Source of the DNA: Orbicella franksi
Lineage: Eukaryota
Direction: 5' to 3'
Assembly: GCA_964199315.1 (NCBI GenBank)
Contig: OZ116699.1
Location: 15,128,001 to 15,192,000, forward strand
DNA length: 64,000 nucleotides
Program-made: the position numbers and the translations under genes
Part shown: positions 25,501-37,635 of the stretch, in pieces
Numbering within the stretch: the stretch's first letter is position 1
Layout: the number at the start of each line of letters is the position of its first letter
Notes under the pieces: generated by a model
Database searches by the model: none
What the model was told of the DNA's origin: nothing
The model's input: only the letters and a program-made list of their open reading frames with translations

Positions 25501-28189
25501 TGAATATTTGGCAGAAGTAAAGGCAATAACTCAGGACCGGTACCTCATTGTAATTTCTAGTTTGTGGCATTGCTAGTATTTCTGTTGTAACAGTTTTAAA
25601 TTGGGTTTTAATTCTCAAATTGCAACATTTTGGAGCCATGTTTCATTGTTCTGCAACCCCAAAGTACTAACCACCCTTCCCCTCTTGAAAAATACTGGAT
25701 CCGCTCTTGCGTCTTCCTTGGAAGTTGAGCTGAGACACTCTCAGCGTTCCGAGTGTTTAAGTTCACGCGTGAATGACCATCGTATTTGTAGAGATTCCTC
25801 TGTTACAAACGTTCAACTTTGAAACTTGAACGGTGATATTGAGATTAATATTGACAAGTTTAGAAGTTTCAAGTCTAACTCTGACTAAATACTGATGTGT
25901 AGCTTTTTTATGTATATTAGGTGACTGCAGTCGTTGTTGGTGTGGTCGAGTCCATGAGCCATGTGAAGCAAAGTGCGACCGTACCTTGTTTTGCGGTCAC
26001 AAGTGTAAAGGACGGTGCAACAAAACCTGCCCTCCGTGCAAGGAACACTGCGGCAACTATTGCAAACACTACAGGTGTAACAAGAAATGTGGTGAGCCTT
26101 GCGAACCTTGTAACGAAAAATGCATGTGGCAGTGTCAGCATTACACATGCACGAAATTGTGTGGAGAGCTGTGCGACCGCCCAAGATGTAACATGCCATG
26201 TACAAAGCTACTTAGGTGCAGGCATCCTTGCATCGGTCTCTGTGGGGAAGTATGCCCGAAGAAGTGCCGAGTGTGTCACAAGCAGGAGTTGACAGAGAGT
26301 TTTTTCGGCACCGAGGGCGAACCGAACGCAAGATTCGTGGAGCTGGCAGACTGCGGTCACGTGTTTGAAGTTCGAATGATGGATCAGTGGATGGAGCAGG
26401 CGGAAACAACGCATGACGGGAAGCCTGTTGACATCCAACTCAAGCTCTGCCCAAAATGCAGTGTTCCCATCCGCATCAGTTTAAGGTACGGCAACATCAT
26501 TAAGAAGATTCTGGCAGACTTCGAACGAATAAAACAAAAGATTTTACTCCGCAAAGGGCAGCGTGACCAAGAAGTAGCCAGGCTCAAATTGAAATTCCCC
26601 AAAGACCAAGATGTAATCGGGAGGTTGCTGGATCGTAAGAATCTCTCGGATGAACAAATCAACGTGATTGACAACCAAATCAGTTTGCTGTCTTTCCTTC
26701 AGACACTCAAAAATGATATAAGCTATTTTGAAGCTGATGAACGGTCTCAGGAAACGAAGGAAGACCTCCAGAGAAAAGTGGAACAACTTCGAAAACGTGT
26801 GTTACGGCTTCAGGTTCGATTCAGTGACCAAGTAATGGAAGAGCTCGGAGAAGAAATGTACAGAACACAGCTTCTGATCGACTACAGAATGCTGAAGATG
26901 CAACTTGACATCCGGGGTATTAAGCTAGGGGTCACTGACACTGTCAAGGTCGATTTTGTTAAAGAAGCATTCGATTCAGAGAACACAATTGGTAAGAACA
27001 GAAATTGAAAGGAAATTAAGATTTAGGAGCTGTTTTGTTTAAGTAACTGCCGTGAAAGGCTAGAAAAAAGGGAGTTATTGCCAACCAGAAGAATTTTCGT
27101 TTCCGCTTCTACCTGCCTAGCACAGAAATGCATCATAATGGAAGGAAAGGCAGGTTTTGGTCTCTCGCATTTAAGTTTGGATTCCGCTGTTTGAAAAAAA
27201 GTGTATTTGTACGCGCAAGCGCAAGATTTTACTCTTACAGTAGTCCTTGCAATATTGAATCGTCTGAAAAATTGGAAACTCTTGGGGCGGTTTTACTCCA
27301 GATCCACCATTAAAAAGCTACATGTGCTGTCCTAGCATTTTACTGTACTACAGGCACGCTATCTCGATATAATCACGTACTATTGGTAAGTGTAAGAAAT
27401 TTAATAGTTTTTTGTTTTGCAACATTTTCAGACAAGAAACGCAGAGAGCGATACAGGGCTCGCATTGAACGAATAAGACGTGAACAAGGCCTTCAAGAGC
27501 TTAACCATACTGTAGCAAGAGAGGAGAAAGATCTGACCGTGAAGGCCATGGGGCTGACACAGGGACACTGGTTCAAGTGTCCAAACGGTGAGTGTGACTT
27601 AAACATCAATGTGCAAAATTAAATTAATGCTTTTCATACAAATTCTCTTTGGGAAAATTTGGATAGTAACTTTTTTTGAAATGACTCGTTCGTTTTTGAC
27701 GTACCGTTCGTGCAGGAATGTCCGTTTGCCGAACTCGTCACACAGACAAGAGAGTCAGACATATTAAAAAATATCGTATTAGCCCTTGGTCCGTATACTG
27801 AAAGTTACGGATCCTCGTATTTTCCACTTCGATTTATACCCACGCGAGATCAGAAGCGCGCGTGCCGTAAATCAAGGTCCGTAACTTATAGTACGGACCT
27901 CAATCTCGGTTTGTAAGAGGCATCAATCTTCTTTATTTTGTACTCATAGCTGCATTAAAGGTCCACACTATACACTATATTTCAATCGACTGATTAGATC
28001 TTAGTTGATTTCACTGGCTTTCCAGTTATGTTCCTTTTCTCTCTGCCCCGATCTTCTCTCTTTACTCGTTTTTTGTTTCCCATCCATAAAGGTCACATCT
28101 ACTGCATCACAGAGGGTGGAGGAGCGATAGAAGAAAACAAATGCCCAGAATGTGACTCAAGAGTTGGTGGCCATAATCATCAGTCATGA
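13505..28189 (+). CDS. ZNFX1: ZNFX1-like helicase, copy 2 (full length; RZ finger altered, C-terminus truncated)
   Basis: Exons: 13505-14189, 14270-14748, 15535-15690, 16118-16230, [one phase gap unresolved], 17217-17374, 18425-18685, 20195-20471, 21685-22034, 22333-22537, 23003-23403, 24321-25212, 25921-26991, 27432-27587, 28092-28189. Several exon lengths equal those of copy 1 (158, 205, 401, 156 nt). N-terminal RGG tract, YLDVQFRLLREDFVRPLREGI, RLIFGSLICLS, MVESIAFFETYRHVLEGL, and all helicase motifs are intact. Confidence 0.88.
17490..18397 (+). mobile_element. 5'-truncated Penelope-like retroelement (GIY-YIG endonuclease end) with an inverted 3' duplication
   Basis: 17699-18265 encodes YPRGIITY..LPFLG..KVVYKASCWDCDDFYIGKTKRRLHDRKTEH..FDILATG..KETLLIRDLKPALNEN (GIY-YIG domain, with frameshifts upstream). 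17490-17698 is an inverted copy of 18139-18341. The 14-bp direct repeat aagacaggacgaat flanks the insertion (17479-17492 and 18398-18411). Confidence 0.85.
20524..20925. mobile_element. tRNA-derived SINE-like repeat in a head-to-head arrangement
   Basis: Minus strand 20596-20667 has an A box (tagctcagttggta) and a B box (ggttcgaattcc). 20726-20806 and 20841-20920 are inverted copies of each other. Confidence 0.65.
21121..21400. mobile_element. Tc1/pogo-type MITE fragment
   Basis: Begins ta-cagtccaacctcc and contains the internal inverted motif taagcgaccacc / ggtggtcgctta. The right end is not identifiable. Confidence 0.45.
23576..23803. mobile_element. MITE with TA flanks
   Basis: Inverted ends tacaatcctggccaaacaaaagtccttgggacact and agtgtcccaaggcttttgaccaggatgata. 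Confidence 0.55.
25409..25709. mobile_element. Degenerate MITE with CAGGGGCGGAT-type termini
   Basis: caggggcggatt at the left end and ggatccgctcttg at the right end form an imperfect inverted repeat. No clean TSD seen. Confidence 0.4.
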
Positions 28190-29478
28190 GCAAGAAGCCA
28201 GCTACTTGGAAAACGTCCTATGCGACGACTTCTTCTTGGCCAACAAACACAACAGTTTGTTAACACCCAAGAGACTTTCTGTGACTTTCTGTAACTAAGG
28301 TACCAGCTTAGGCATTATGACTGATCTAACAATTAATCATTTAGCAAAAACTAGCCAAATGTAAGGAACTTTTCCTCGCGCTTTAATTTGATGAAACGGG
28401 TCTTTGTTTCGATTTTTAAGTGGCGAACTGAAAAACTTGTTCTCCTGTGTGGTAGCTTTTAAAATTGCTTGTATTTTGCCTTGAAATTTTAACAGTTCTG
28501 CTTTAAAGTAAGAAATTTTATCTACATTTTTCAAGCAAGAGTCCTATCAATTGATTTTTTCGTTGCTTTTTGCAATTTTGCCGGGCTAAAATCCAAGCAG
28601 GGTCTTGAGTAGATAATGTTCTAATCGGCGTAGTTAACCGAATATTAAGCGTGTTAAGTCGTTTCATTTGTGATTTTTATCAATTGAACATAGCGAATAA
28701 CATAGATAGAGATTAAGGTTGAATTCAAGGTATTCCTTTAATTTGAAACATATTGGTTACCAGATTAGATTGCAAAGAAGCCCTGCAGGCTGGGAAGCTA
28801 AGAAGGGCTTCTCGACTAAAGTTATTCTCAACATAATACCGGATTCCGATTAAACAGTTGACGTTTTTTCACTGGAGCTCCTTCGCTTTACTGGGTGCAA
28901 CGAGAATTGTCCGTTTCTTTTTTGGATCGAAAAGTGGTGTAATTGTCCTTAAAAAACGTCCAAAACAAGACTCTTCAATGTCTGTTTTTATTTTAATTCG
29001 TATTTTCTGTATTCCTCAGAGCTTCAAAGCGAGTACCTCAAACACTAGCTAACCCATTATGTGGATGATCACTTTACACAATTACTGTGTATACTACATG
29101 AATTAACAAGAAAATATTAAACTCCTCTGTCTTCCCTCACTCCAGAAACGTCGGCGTTATTGGTTTCAAGCTTTGGTGGGCTTTTGAGTGTTAAGAAAAA
29201 AAAAAATGTGATATGTGAAAGTTGTACACCAATTTGAAAAGTTATTGTTTGTCTTCATAGAGGTAAAGGAAAGTTTTTAATTTGTTGTGACTTTTTTTTT
29301 CGGTGAACTCGTTCCAAATGTGGAGTGAGAGGGGACTAAAAAAGGAAAGATGCTGGGAACAATATTTTTCTTTCCTATCCGTGTTGTCGCGATTTGAACT
29401 TTTTTCCTCACCCACCCAAATGATCTCAAAAGCCTCCAAAACACCGTGTTTCTGGAGTGGTAAATAGTCAAAGTTCAA

Positions 29479-32400
29479 TTAGGAGTCCACGACAACCTCG
29501 GTAACAGTGATCTGTCCCATGTGACGTCGGTTGGAGAAGTTGTTATTGCGCGTGCTCATGTAACAGTACTCCCCAGGCTTCTTGATGCGGAAACACGGCG
29601 GGTTGCAGGAGGCTGGGGCGTTGTTCAACTGATTCTGAAGTGGTTTATTCTCATCTGTGTAACATCCCTTGTTAAGGTGAAGATTTAACGTAGCAGCGTC
29701 AAAATAAACTGAATCAACCACTTCAAGAGGCAAGCTGTAACACGCTGCTGGCTTGAGAGAGCTGCATCCTTCCTTTACCCAACACACGTTAGTGCGATCC
29801 GTACCTGAAATGAAAACGAAGTCAATTTCGTCTTATTGTTAGATTAGGTACGTGTTGTTTTGTGAAAGTTTATGTTTGATTGATGCCTCCCTGCAAGGCA
29901 TGCGAAATGAAATTGCCCCACTATCAAAGCTAAGTTTTTAAGGAACACCTTCAATGACATACTGAATCGGACAATTAGGAGCCAGTTGCCGAAAGGTGTT
30001 AATGCTAGAAACTCTAAACAATAGAACACTTTTTTATAACACCTTGGTTTTAGCTGAATATTATTTGAACTATCCAGTTAAGTGTATAGCACCCCGAGGT
30101 GGTGTTACTGAGCAAGTTATCTCAGATACTTGTCAATAAACGTCCATATGGTAATGATATTCTCATAATTGTTCGATAAATTAACTAAATTATTCCAGCA
30201 AAGGTCTAGGGAAGGTGAAGGAAATAAGCAGATAATTGGGCGCATTTCTTTCAAAATTGTTTACTTTAGTTTCTTCTCTTTTGATCTTGTTTTCGTCTGT
30301 TGTGTCAAATCAAGGATTTTGATTTCGTTTCGCGTGTTAATTATCTTTCGGCAATTGCTTCCGTGGTTCTGAAATTGGCATTTGCTGCTCAGTTTTTTTT
30401 TTCCCTAAAATCAGTGTTTGCAAAGTTCGTCTTTTCCACTTAGATGTACTTTGGATTGCAGTGTTTTTTGTTCTTGATTAGCCTCTTCCAGGAGTTCAGT
30501 TGGTTGGGGCGGAACGCGAAAAACGGTCGCGCTTTTTTTTTTATTATTATTATTTTTTCGCGCGCTGTTTTTCGCGCTGCGTCCCAACTAACGGAACGCC
30601 TGGAAGAGGCTAGTCGTAGATGAATACCTAGCTCTTTACAGTGCACAAACCCATGGAAAGCTAAAATTTAGGCTTTTAACTTGGTGCATTCGTATGCGTT
30701 TAAGCCCAATGCAATTGGAAGTTGGAGTAGAACAGAACTTGAGTAACAGAAATAAATTAGGAATTCTTCTTACGTGCTGTTCCTTCTCCGTCGTTGTTGG
30801 CATTGTTGTTTGAACCTGAAAGATCATACAAAAACAACAGTAAGACCCAGTAAGCCATAGATTGCGGGTGGCTATTATCAATGCACAGACATTACATGTA
30901 CATAGGTTGAGCCAGTAAAATTGCAAGATAGGACACCAACCGTAATAATTGTTTTAAAAATCACTTTAAAAACACTAAATGAATCTAATAGAATTAATGG
31001 CTTTTTTTCAGAAAGCTCTTTCCCAAAAAATCAGTTTCGTATAGCTTGTTCTCACCAGACCAAACGAAGCACACCACATCATCCGTTGTAACTGTAATGC
31101 GTTCAGGAGTGAAACGATATTCCATGGCTCGATAAACGTGCGCAATGTTTCCTCTCTTTCCCATTTCTCCGACGTAGGATATGTTGGAATGCTGGAATTT
31201 TGGAGGAAGGAAACTCCGCGGTTTAAGGAGAAACACGTGACTTCTGTCCTGGAATGTTCGGCCGAGCTGCGCGGTGTTCAAAGCGAGCTGTAGATCGGTT
31301 TTACCATCAACTGCTTTGGTTTTAGGGTCATTCTGGACTCTACAAAAAAAAGGTGGTCAAATCTTTACAAGAATGATTCAAACGGTGAACGACAAAAGGG
31401 CGTGGTTATCTTTATTAAATCGATTGATCTCTTCATTTGCAGGGTGATAAGATGAATTAAGATCTAGATATGGCGGGCCGCGGAATCTGCTTTTATAATT
31501 AGCCACTTATTACAGGGCATAAGACTAAGAATTAAACAATTCTCAGGAGTTTCTGGTTGATAAAATGCAATTCAATAAAATTCTCAGCAAAATCATTCGT
31601 AATATGCTTCTGATTATAACTAACGATAATTTGAACTGAAGATCTTTGGTTTAGACAGCCCTAATACTTTTAGAATATGTGTTACAAATCACTTACTGAT
31701 CATTTTTACTGGCATTAAATTCTCGTGGGACGTCAGCGGTTGTAATATTGTACCTGAAGCAAAGATTCACGAGTTATCTTCTCCAACAGAACAGTCAACC
31801 ATACAGAGAAAAAAAAACACTGTGTCACGCTAGATGTCACTCCTGAGAACAAAGGAGGCGACGGCTCGAATAAAAGCGGTTCGATTTAATTCTTATGCGG
31901 AGCCTGTATCTTGAAAAAGCATTCAAGTCTGTTGAATTATCCGCTTTCTACTCTATTTAATAACTCAGTCTTTATATAACTTTCATCATCAGAAAAGAGT
32001 TTCTGGCCGAAAGCTTATTGTTATCATTCGTTGCCTTTAAAATTGGAAAGACTCGGAAAAGGATTTCAGTGAAAATATCTTCGTTCACATAACATTGCTG
32101 GAGATGTTTTAGTCTACCTGTTTAATTTACTTTGCAACCGTAGAAATGAAGCTAAAGCCACTGATTTTAAATTTGAGAGAACATGGCGTCTACACACCAT
32201 TTAATATCTTTCCTCACCTTATTCGTAACCGGCGCAACGTTGAGTGGTGTTGGTTGGGAAACATGGAACCTTCCACTTGTACGACGAAAACTTTCCCTCC
32301 ATGTTCATTCCGTTGTGGTTAACGACAGTGGATGGGGCGTAGATCACATCCGGGGTTTCATGAAGAACAACATACTTTTCCTTTTCGTCCGATCCTTGCG

Positions 32401-35017
32401 AGTGCATGTGAGGCTCGTACGGTAAGCCTTTCGCCAGCCTCTTGTAGCCCTTCTTCTAGCACGTTTCCAATACGCCCTGGGTTTTTTCCAAGTAGTTAGT
32501 GATAAATTTCACCCACTTTCCCCCGCTCAGTTTACACGATGTGGTAGTAATGTACTTGGCAACGCAACTAACAGCCGGGCGATTGTCTTCTTTTTTTGGA
32601 CAGTCATGGTTACCAGATAGCTTTGATGGCATGATACATAAATCTAAAGAAATGTAAGCAAACAAATGCCGAGTAAAAAAGGTATGCTGCAGTATATTTT
32701 GATTGTCCAAAAGACCTGCACGCATAAAGTGGTTAGGGGTATTTATTCTTGCTATAGATGTTCTCTTTCCGCAATAACAGCAACAAAAACAACAACGTCC
32801 AAAACCTGTCTATCTATTTGTACTCGTAGTTACATTTTATAGTCAGAAAAAAAAGTAACATTTAATTAAATAGAGTCATCGCTGCCTGGAAAAACCATAG
32901 GGGCTAGTGAAGTCAGGGAGCCCATTAGGTATTATATATAGATAAACTGAAATAAAGGTCGGTTGACTGAATTCACATGTAGTGTACACGTAGCTTAGGG
33001 CTGAAAACAAAAAACACCTACACAACACTCACAGCACCCGCGCAGCCAGTATCATACATTCACTGTCTCAAAACGAATGACACATGTAAATTAGCAGATC
33101 GCTGATGGTAGCCATTTATACTCCTGAAGAAAGGCGCTCAGTGTACAATAGAGAAGTCCTTTGCCCGAGATTACGGCAAAAGCAGTGTTCTCAGTAGATG
33201 CTTGAAGTCAGATCCCCTCGGTCTGAGATCCAGTTGTCCAACCACGATGTCGCTGCCTATCTCTTAATTAAGCTAACTACAGCAGTGATTTGAACTGCTC
33301 AATAAATACTCACATTTGTATCCATATTCAGGACTGTTGACGTAATTTTTCATCAAATCCTTGGTCTTTTTATCACTCATCATGATAGCAATGTCCTTCC
33401 ACGGGGTGGGGCCCCAGTAAGGATAGTAATCGCGCTCCTCGGGGACCTCCAAGCCCCTCCTTGTTCCAGCAGGGTTTTGTCGCGTGTAAATCGGAAAATC
33501 GCCTCTTAGTTTCTGGTCAGCAGTGAACAAACCTAAAACATGAATAAAGGCATTGCTTGTATTTTCTTTTAAGGCGCTTTTCAAATTTATCCTTTCTCGG
33601 GCTAAATGAGCTAGGCAGAATACCTTTCTAAAAAGAATATAACTTAAGTGAAAGGTCGTGCTGTTTCTATGGTAACCTCTATACATGATAACCTATTATG
33701 CCATGAAGAAAATAACAACTTGGGGCAATTTGTTCACTAATGATTTGGTGCAATACCAAGATTGTAGCACCACCTGATAAAGCGTCGTACTATTGATCCG
33801 TCTTACCGCAGACACTTTTTATGACGTCGATTTCTTATAAGGCCTTATTCATTTTTGCTGTAAACGTTTATCAAACGCCGAGGCCAGGAAAACGGGGGGT
33901 GGCGTTCGATTTTTTATTTTAATTTCCCCTTTGCGATACCTTTGTTTCTTTCTCTGCGGTAATACGCCTGATAGTAAGAGGCTGGCTCGTGAAGTCCACG
34001 TTCTCTTGCAATGTAGGCATTCTCTCTCGCTCCGTTTGCAAAACCCTGAGTATTCAGTGTTTGACCGTTACGTATGGTATGATACTCGAATTCTTTTTTC
34101 ACATCCGCTTTCAGCGGTAGCTTGCCGTTGGGGAACTTCTCGTCAGGAAAGGCTTGACACATGAACTGTAAGATAACTTGTGTTTCCACTCTGTCGTCAG
34201 TTTTTGGGCCGGTCCCGTGTTGATTTGTCCACATGATGTCCACATTGATGGATTTGGCCTTGGCTTCACATCCACTCATGTAGAACTCCTTTATAACGAA
34301 TGGTGGCAAAAAAAAAAACAAACAAACAAACAAACAAACAAACAAAATAATTCATATCTGTGAATTCAGTGGATGTATAAACACTAGTATGTGACCATTC
34401 AAAGACAGGGATTGAGGACTATACAATAAAAATGTATTTAATTGATACTACCATTGGTAACTGTCTGTACTCTTTAATATTATCTCCAGGGTTAGTATGC
34501 TCAGCATCGCCAACATTGTATCCAGCCTTGTCGTTATTCTAGAGAGAAAGTAAAGTCTTATCAACACTTTCTGTTTTCAACAAAAGATAGAATTTAGAAT
34601 AAGGGTAATTATTATTTTTTATTGTTATCAGATATATTCTCAGTAAGGCCTTTTCGTTCCATTCTAAAATAATTTCACGAACAAAGGTCGCAGATGTTCT
34701 CTCGTGACGTTTTTTATCGGACAGATTGCGTGACGAGTCCAAAGATCGTTCGCCGGGATTCTGGGTAATATAAGATCGTAATGGTGAGGTGATGACGTCA
34801 AAGAACAAGTACTTGGCCAGCTCGAAACAAATAACTACTATGTATCTTTGAAATTGCGTTCTAGCTGTGAATCAGACAATCTGTTTGCGTTCCTGACGTT
34901 ATCTTGGTTGCCGTTCAAACGATTGTTGGATCCTGGTGGAAAATGCAGGTACATGTCCGACATGCAGGGCTCGATAAGTACAGCCAGGAGGCAGCACCAA
35001 ACGAAAATGGTCCTCAT
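29479..35017 (-). pseudogene. DD3-3-like secreted protein gene, apparently disabled
   Basis: Exons (-): 34865-35017, 34452-34538, 33940-34288, 33314-33532, 32218-32643, 31697-31753, 31056-31339, 30774-30815, 29479-29804. Signal peptide followed by family motifs DMYLHFPPGSNNRLN, YNVGD, WTNQHG, RERNKGLFTADQKL, YTRQNP.GTRRGLEVPEERDYYPYW.PTPWKDIA, NTAQLGRTFQDRSH, NVGEMGKRGN-like, TDRTN, MSTRNNNFSNR. Lesions: CT instead of GT at the first donor, in-frame TAG at 32456-32458, and a frameshift near 32229. Confidence 0.8.
30479..30612. mobile_element. Small MITE with TA flanks
   Basis: Perfect inverted ends ta-gcctcttccagg and cctggaagaggc-ta. Confidence 0.65.
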
Positions 35018-37339
35018 GACCTGTTCTAATACAGAAAAAGCAAAACATCCTAGATGCTTCAAAGTAAGAACTGTGAGCTCAGAGTCGTGATTAGTCAATA
35101 CGCAGGTCAAAACAGAATGAAAACTAAAAATCTGATTTCGCCTTCACTATATCAACATATGGTCTTCTAAACAAGTACTAGTGTTACGAATAAATAAAAT
35201 CATAAGAGAGTCTTGATCTTTCTCCAGATTCTTTCAATTAACTGCAATCAAAAGAAGTGCTTTAGCTTAAGTAACGAGAATTACTACCTTGGAAACGGAC
35301 AGATTAAATATTTTGAGAACTTGATTTCTGTTTTGAACTTTACGAACTCTGAAATCACCCCTCTCGCCTTAGTATGAGTTTTTGTCCGTGCGCGTAACTT
35401 CAGGTGATTTTAATTAGTCAATCGTGGCTCAGAATGCGCTCGCGCGTACAATTGAACTTCGCTGTTCTAATTTTGCAGATTTTCATCTTCGTTGTATTTT
35501 CTTGCCGTGTTTAACATTTTAGGCCAGCCTTGCCGCTGTTTTTGGAGTTTTGAGTTTTAAATTATTTTTAATATTGTACCTACCTACCGTTTTTAGCCAT
35601 TGTGATTCGTTGTTTATTGTATGTTCTGGATTACGTGGCTGGTTCATTAAATAGTTCGTTTATTTGGAGTCTGAGCCTACAACTCACTGAATACAATTTC
35701 CAACGTTACAATTTCGATGTTTTTTTTTAAGTTTCCAACTTGTTAGGTGCTGGCGGAATTCTTTTTTAAGGTGCTGGGCAATTACATTCGGGCTCCAATT
35801 TCAACTAAAATGTTAACTCTTTTAACTGAACTGAACTGTCGCTATCTGCCATCAAATTTTTAAAATTTACGTTCAGAAAAGTTCCGTAAGGAAAATTAAC
35901 GTTTGGAGCTTGGAGCAAATGGGCAAGAATGAAACGAATAAAATTATATCAAATTAAATTGATCTTACCTTTCACTTGAATAACAATCCGTAGTTTCGAA
36001 TTTGAAGTTTGGCTCGTTGAGTTAGTCACAGCGAAAATGAGTTAAACTAAGCTTGCTAGCCTTGTTATTATCAGTGTTTTGCATAAGTATGCGATAAACC
36101 ACTTGCGTCAGTAGATAAAACAAAAGTATTTAACAAAAAAATGTTAATCTAGATGAATGAAGTTAAATGCTATCTACTTGCCTAGTTTTGACGAAAACGT
36201 ACATTTATAATTTATTTTCAGTCTCGGTTTCCCACGTGGCTTTTAAAAGTGTAAAAATTCTTTAAGACTCTTTAATAAGGAAACTCTTCGAAACAATTCA
36301 TCGACAAGCGTTTTTCGCAATTTTCTATGACTTTGGAAATCACAGAGGTTCCCTAGTGAAGTTTTTAATAACTATCCAAATCAAGCTTTTTGTTCCTTCT
36401 GTAAGGTGACACAAAAGTTTTTCCGCATTCTGCGCGTTTGAAATAACTTGTGACGAACAAGAATTTTTCACTCCCTTTTTTTTTTGTTCGCGGCGCGAGT
36501 TACACAGAGGTACCCTAGTTAGCATAACAAATGAGACCACATAACAATATTCATTGTGGACAAGATTAAGTTATAATAAACAAAACAAAACGTAACAATA
36601 AACAAGTGTATAAGTAGAGTGTGTCGAATGATACGTTAATTAAACTCTTTCTTCTCAATTCATTTAGCTTTCCTGATTATTATATAAACCTAGCATCTTT
36701 GAAGCCATATTCGTCATATCAATATATGTGTTATTTCAAGGTCCTAAGCACATCGTTCTAGAGTTTGTTCCTGCTGTTAATTAATAGTCTAATTTGCGAA
36801 GATCAACCACAGTCGATTTCTTTTTTACTTTCATATATATAATGTTAAGCCCAGGGAGTTTTAAACAAACCTCTTTCTTTAAATTTACACCGGCTAAGCT
36901 CCTTTGTCCATTGTACCACGTGCTGGTATAGTTACCTTTAGCACAAAAGAGTGTTTTCCGCATTCAGACGAAAATAATTCTGGGCACCCTGAGGAAAATA
37001 ATACTTGCAAAAAGAACACCCTTGTACGCTTACTTATCTGATGTCTCTATCTTTTCAGTTTTTTATACAGTGAAACTGACCCCATTAAGTTTAAACACAC
37101 GAGCCCCTCGCTAGTGTCCTCTGTTGTCGCTTATAATTATAATTAAGCCAAGGTATTTTTCAGTACAGAAATGAGGGATAGGGTTTGGAACTTAGCGACG
37201 GCTAGTGTACGTTTAGTTAATATGGAGTTTAATAATTGAAACGCGGGGTGGCTAAAAAGCTAAAGGGCGCTAAAGGATGAGTATACTGTAGGGTGCTGGG
37301 CAAGGAATCTTTAAACGACCAAGCCATTTTGTTGATGCA

Positions 37340-37524
37340 TGTAGAAAACGTATTCAAACGACACTTTCGTAGATAAAGACTCTATTCAAAGACAAAAAAA
37401 CTCCAGAATACAATTCAAGAACAACGACTTCGCATTAGTTTTGCATTCGTTCCCTTTCAGTTCAGTGTTCGAGGGGGGTCAAATCGTGTAAGTCACGTGA
37501 CAAGCTCGGTCCCAGTTTTCAACA
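37340..37524 (-). repeat. 3' LTR
   Basis: Direct repeat of 43208-43392. A polypurine tract (minus strand gggggagtg, 37525-37533) abuts it. Confidence 0.97.
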
Positions 37525-37635
37525 CACTCCCCCGCGTTGATTGACGTCATCAATCAAAGTTCAAAGTTCATTTAAAGTTGAAACAATCTTACGAGCATAA
37601 ACTCTATATAACAGAATGAACTCAATACATCTATC

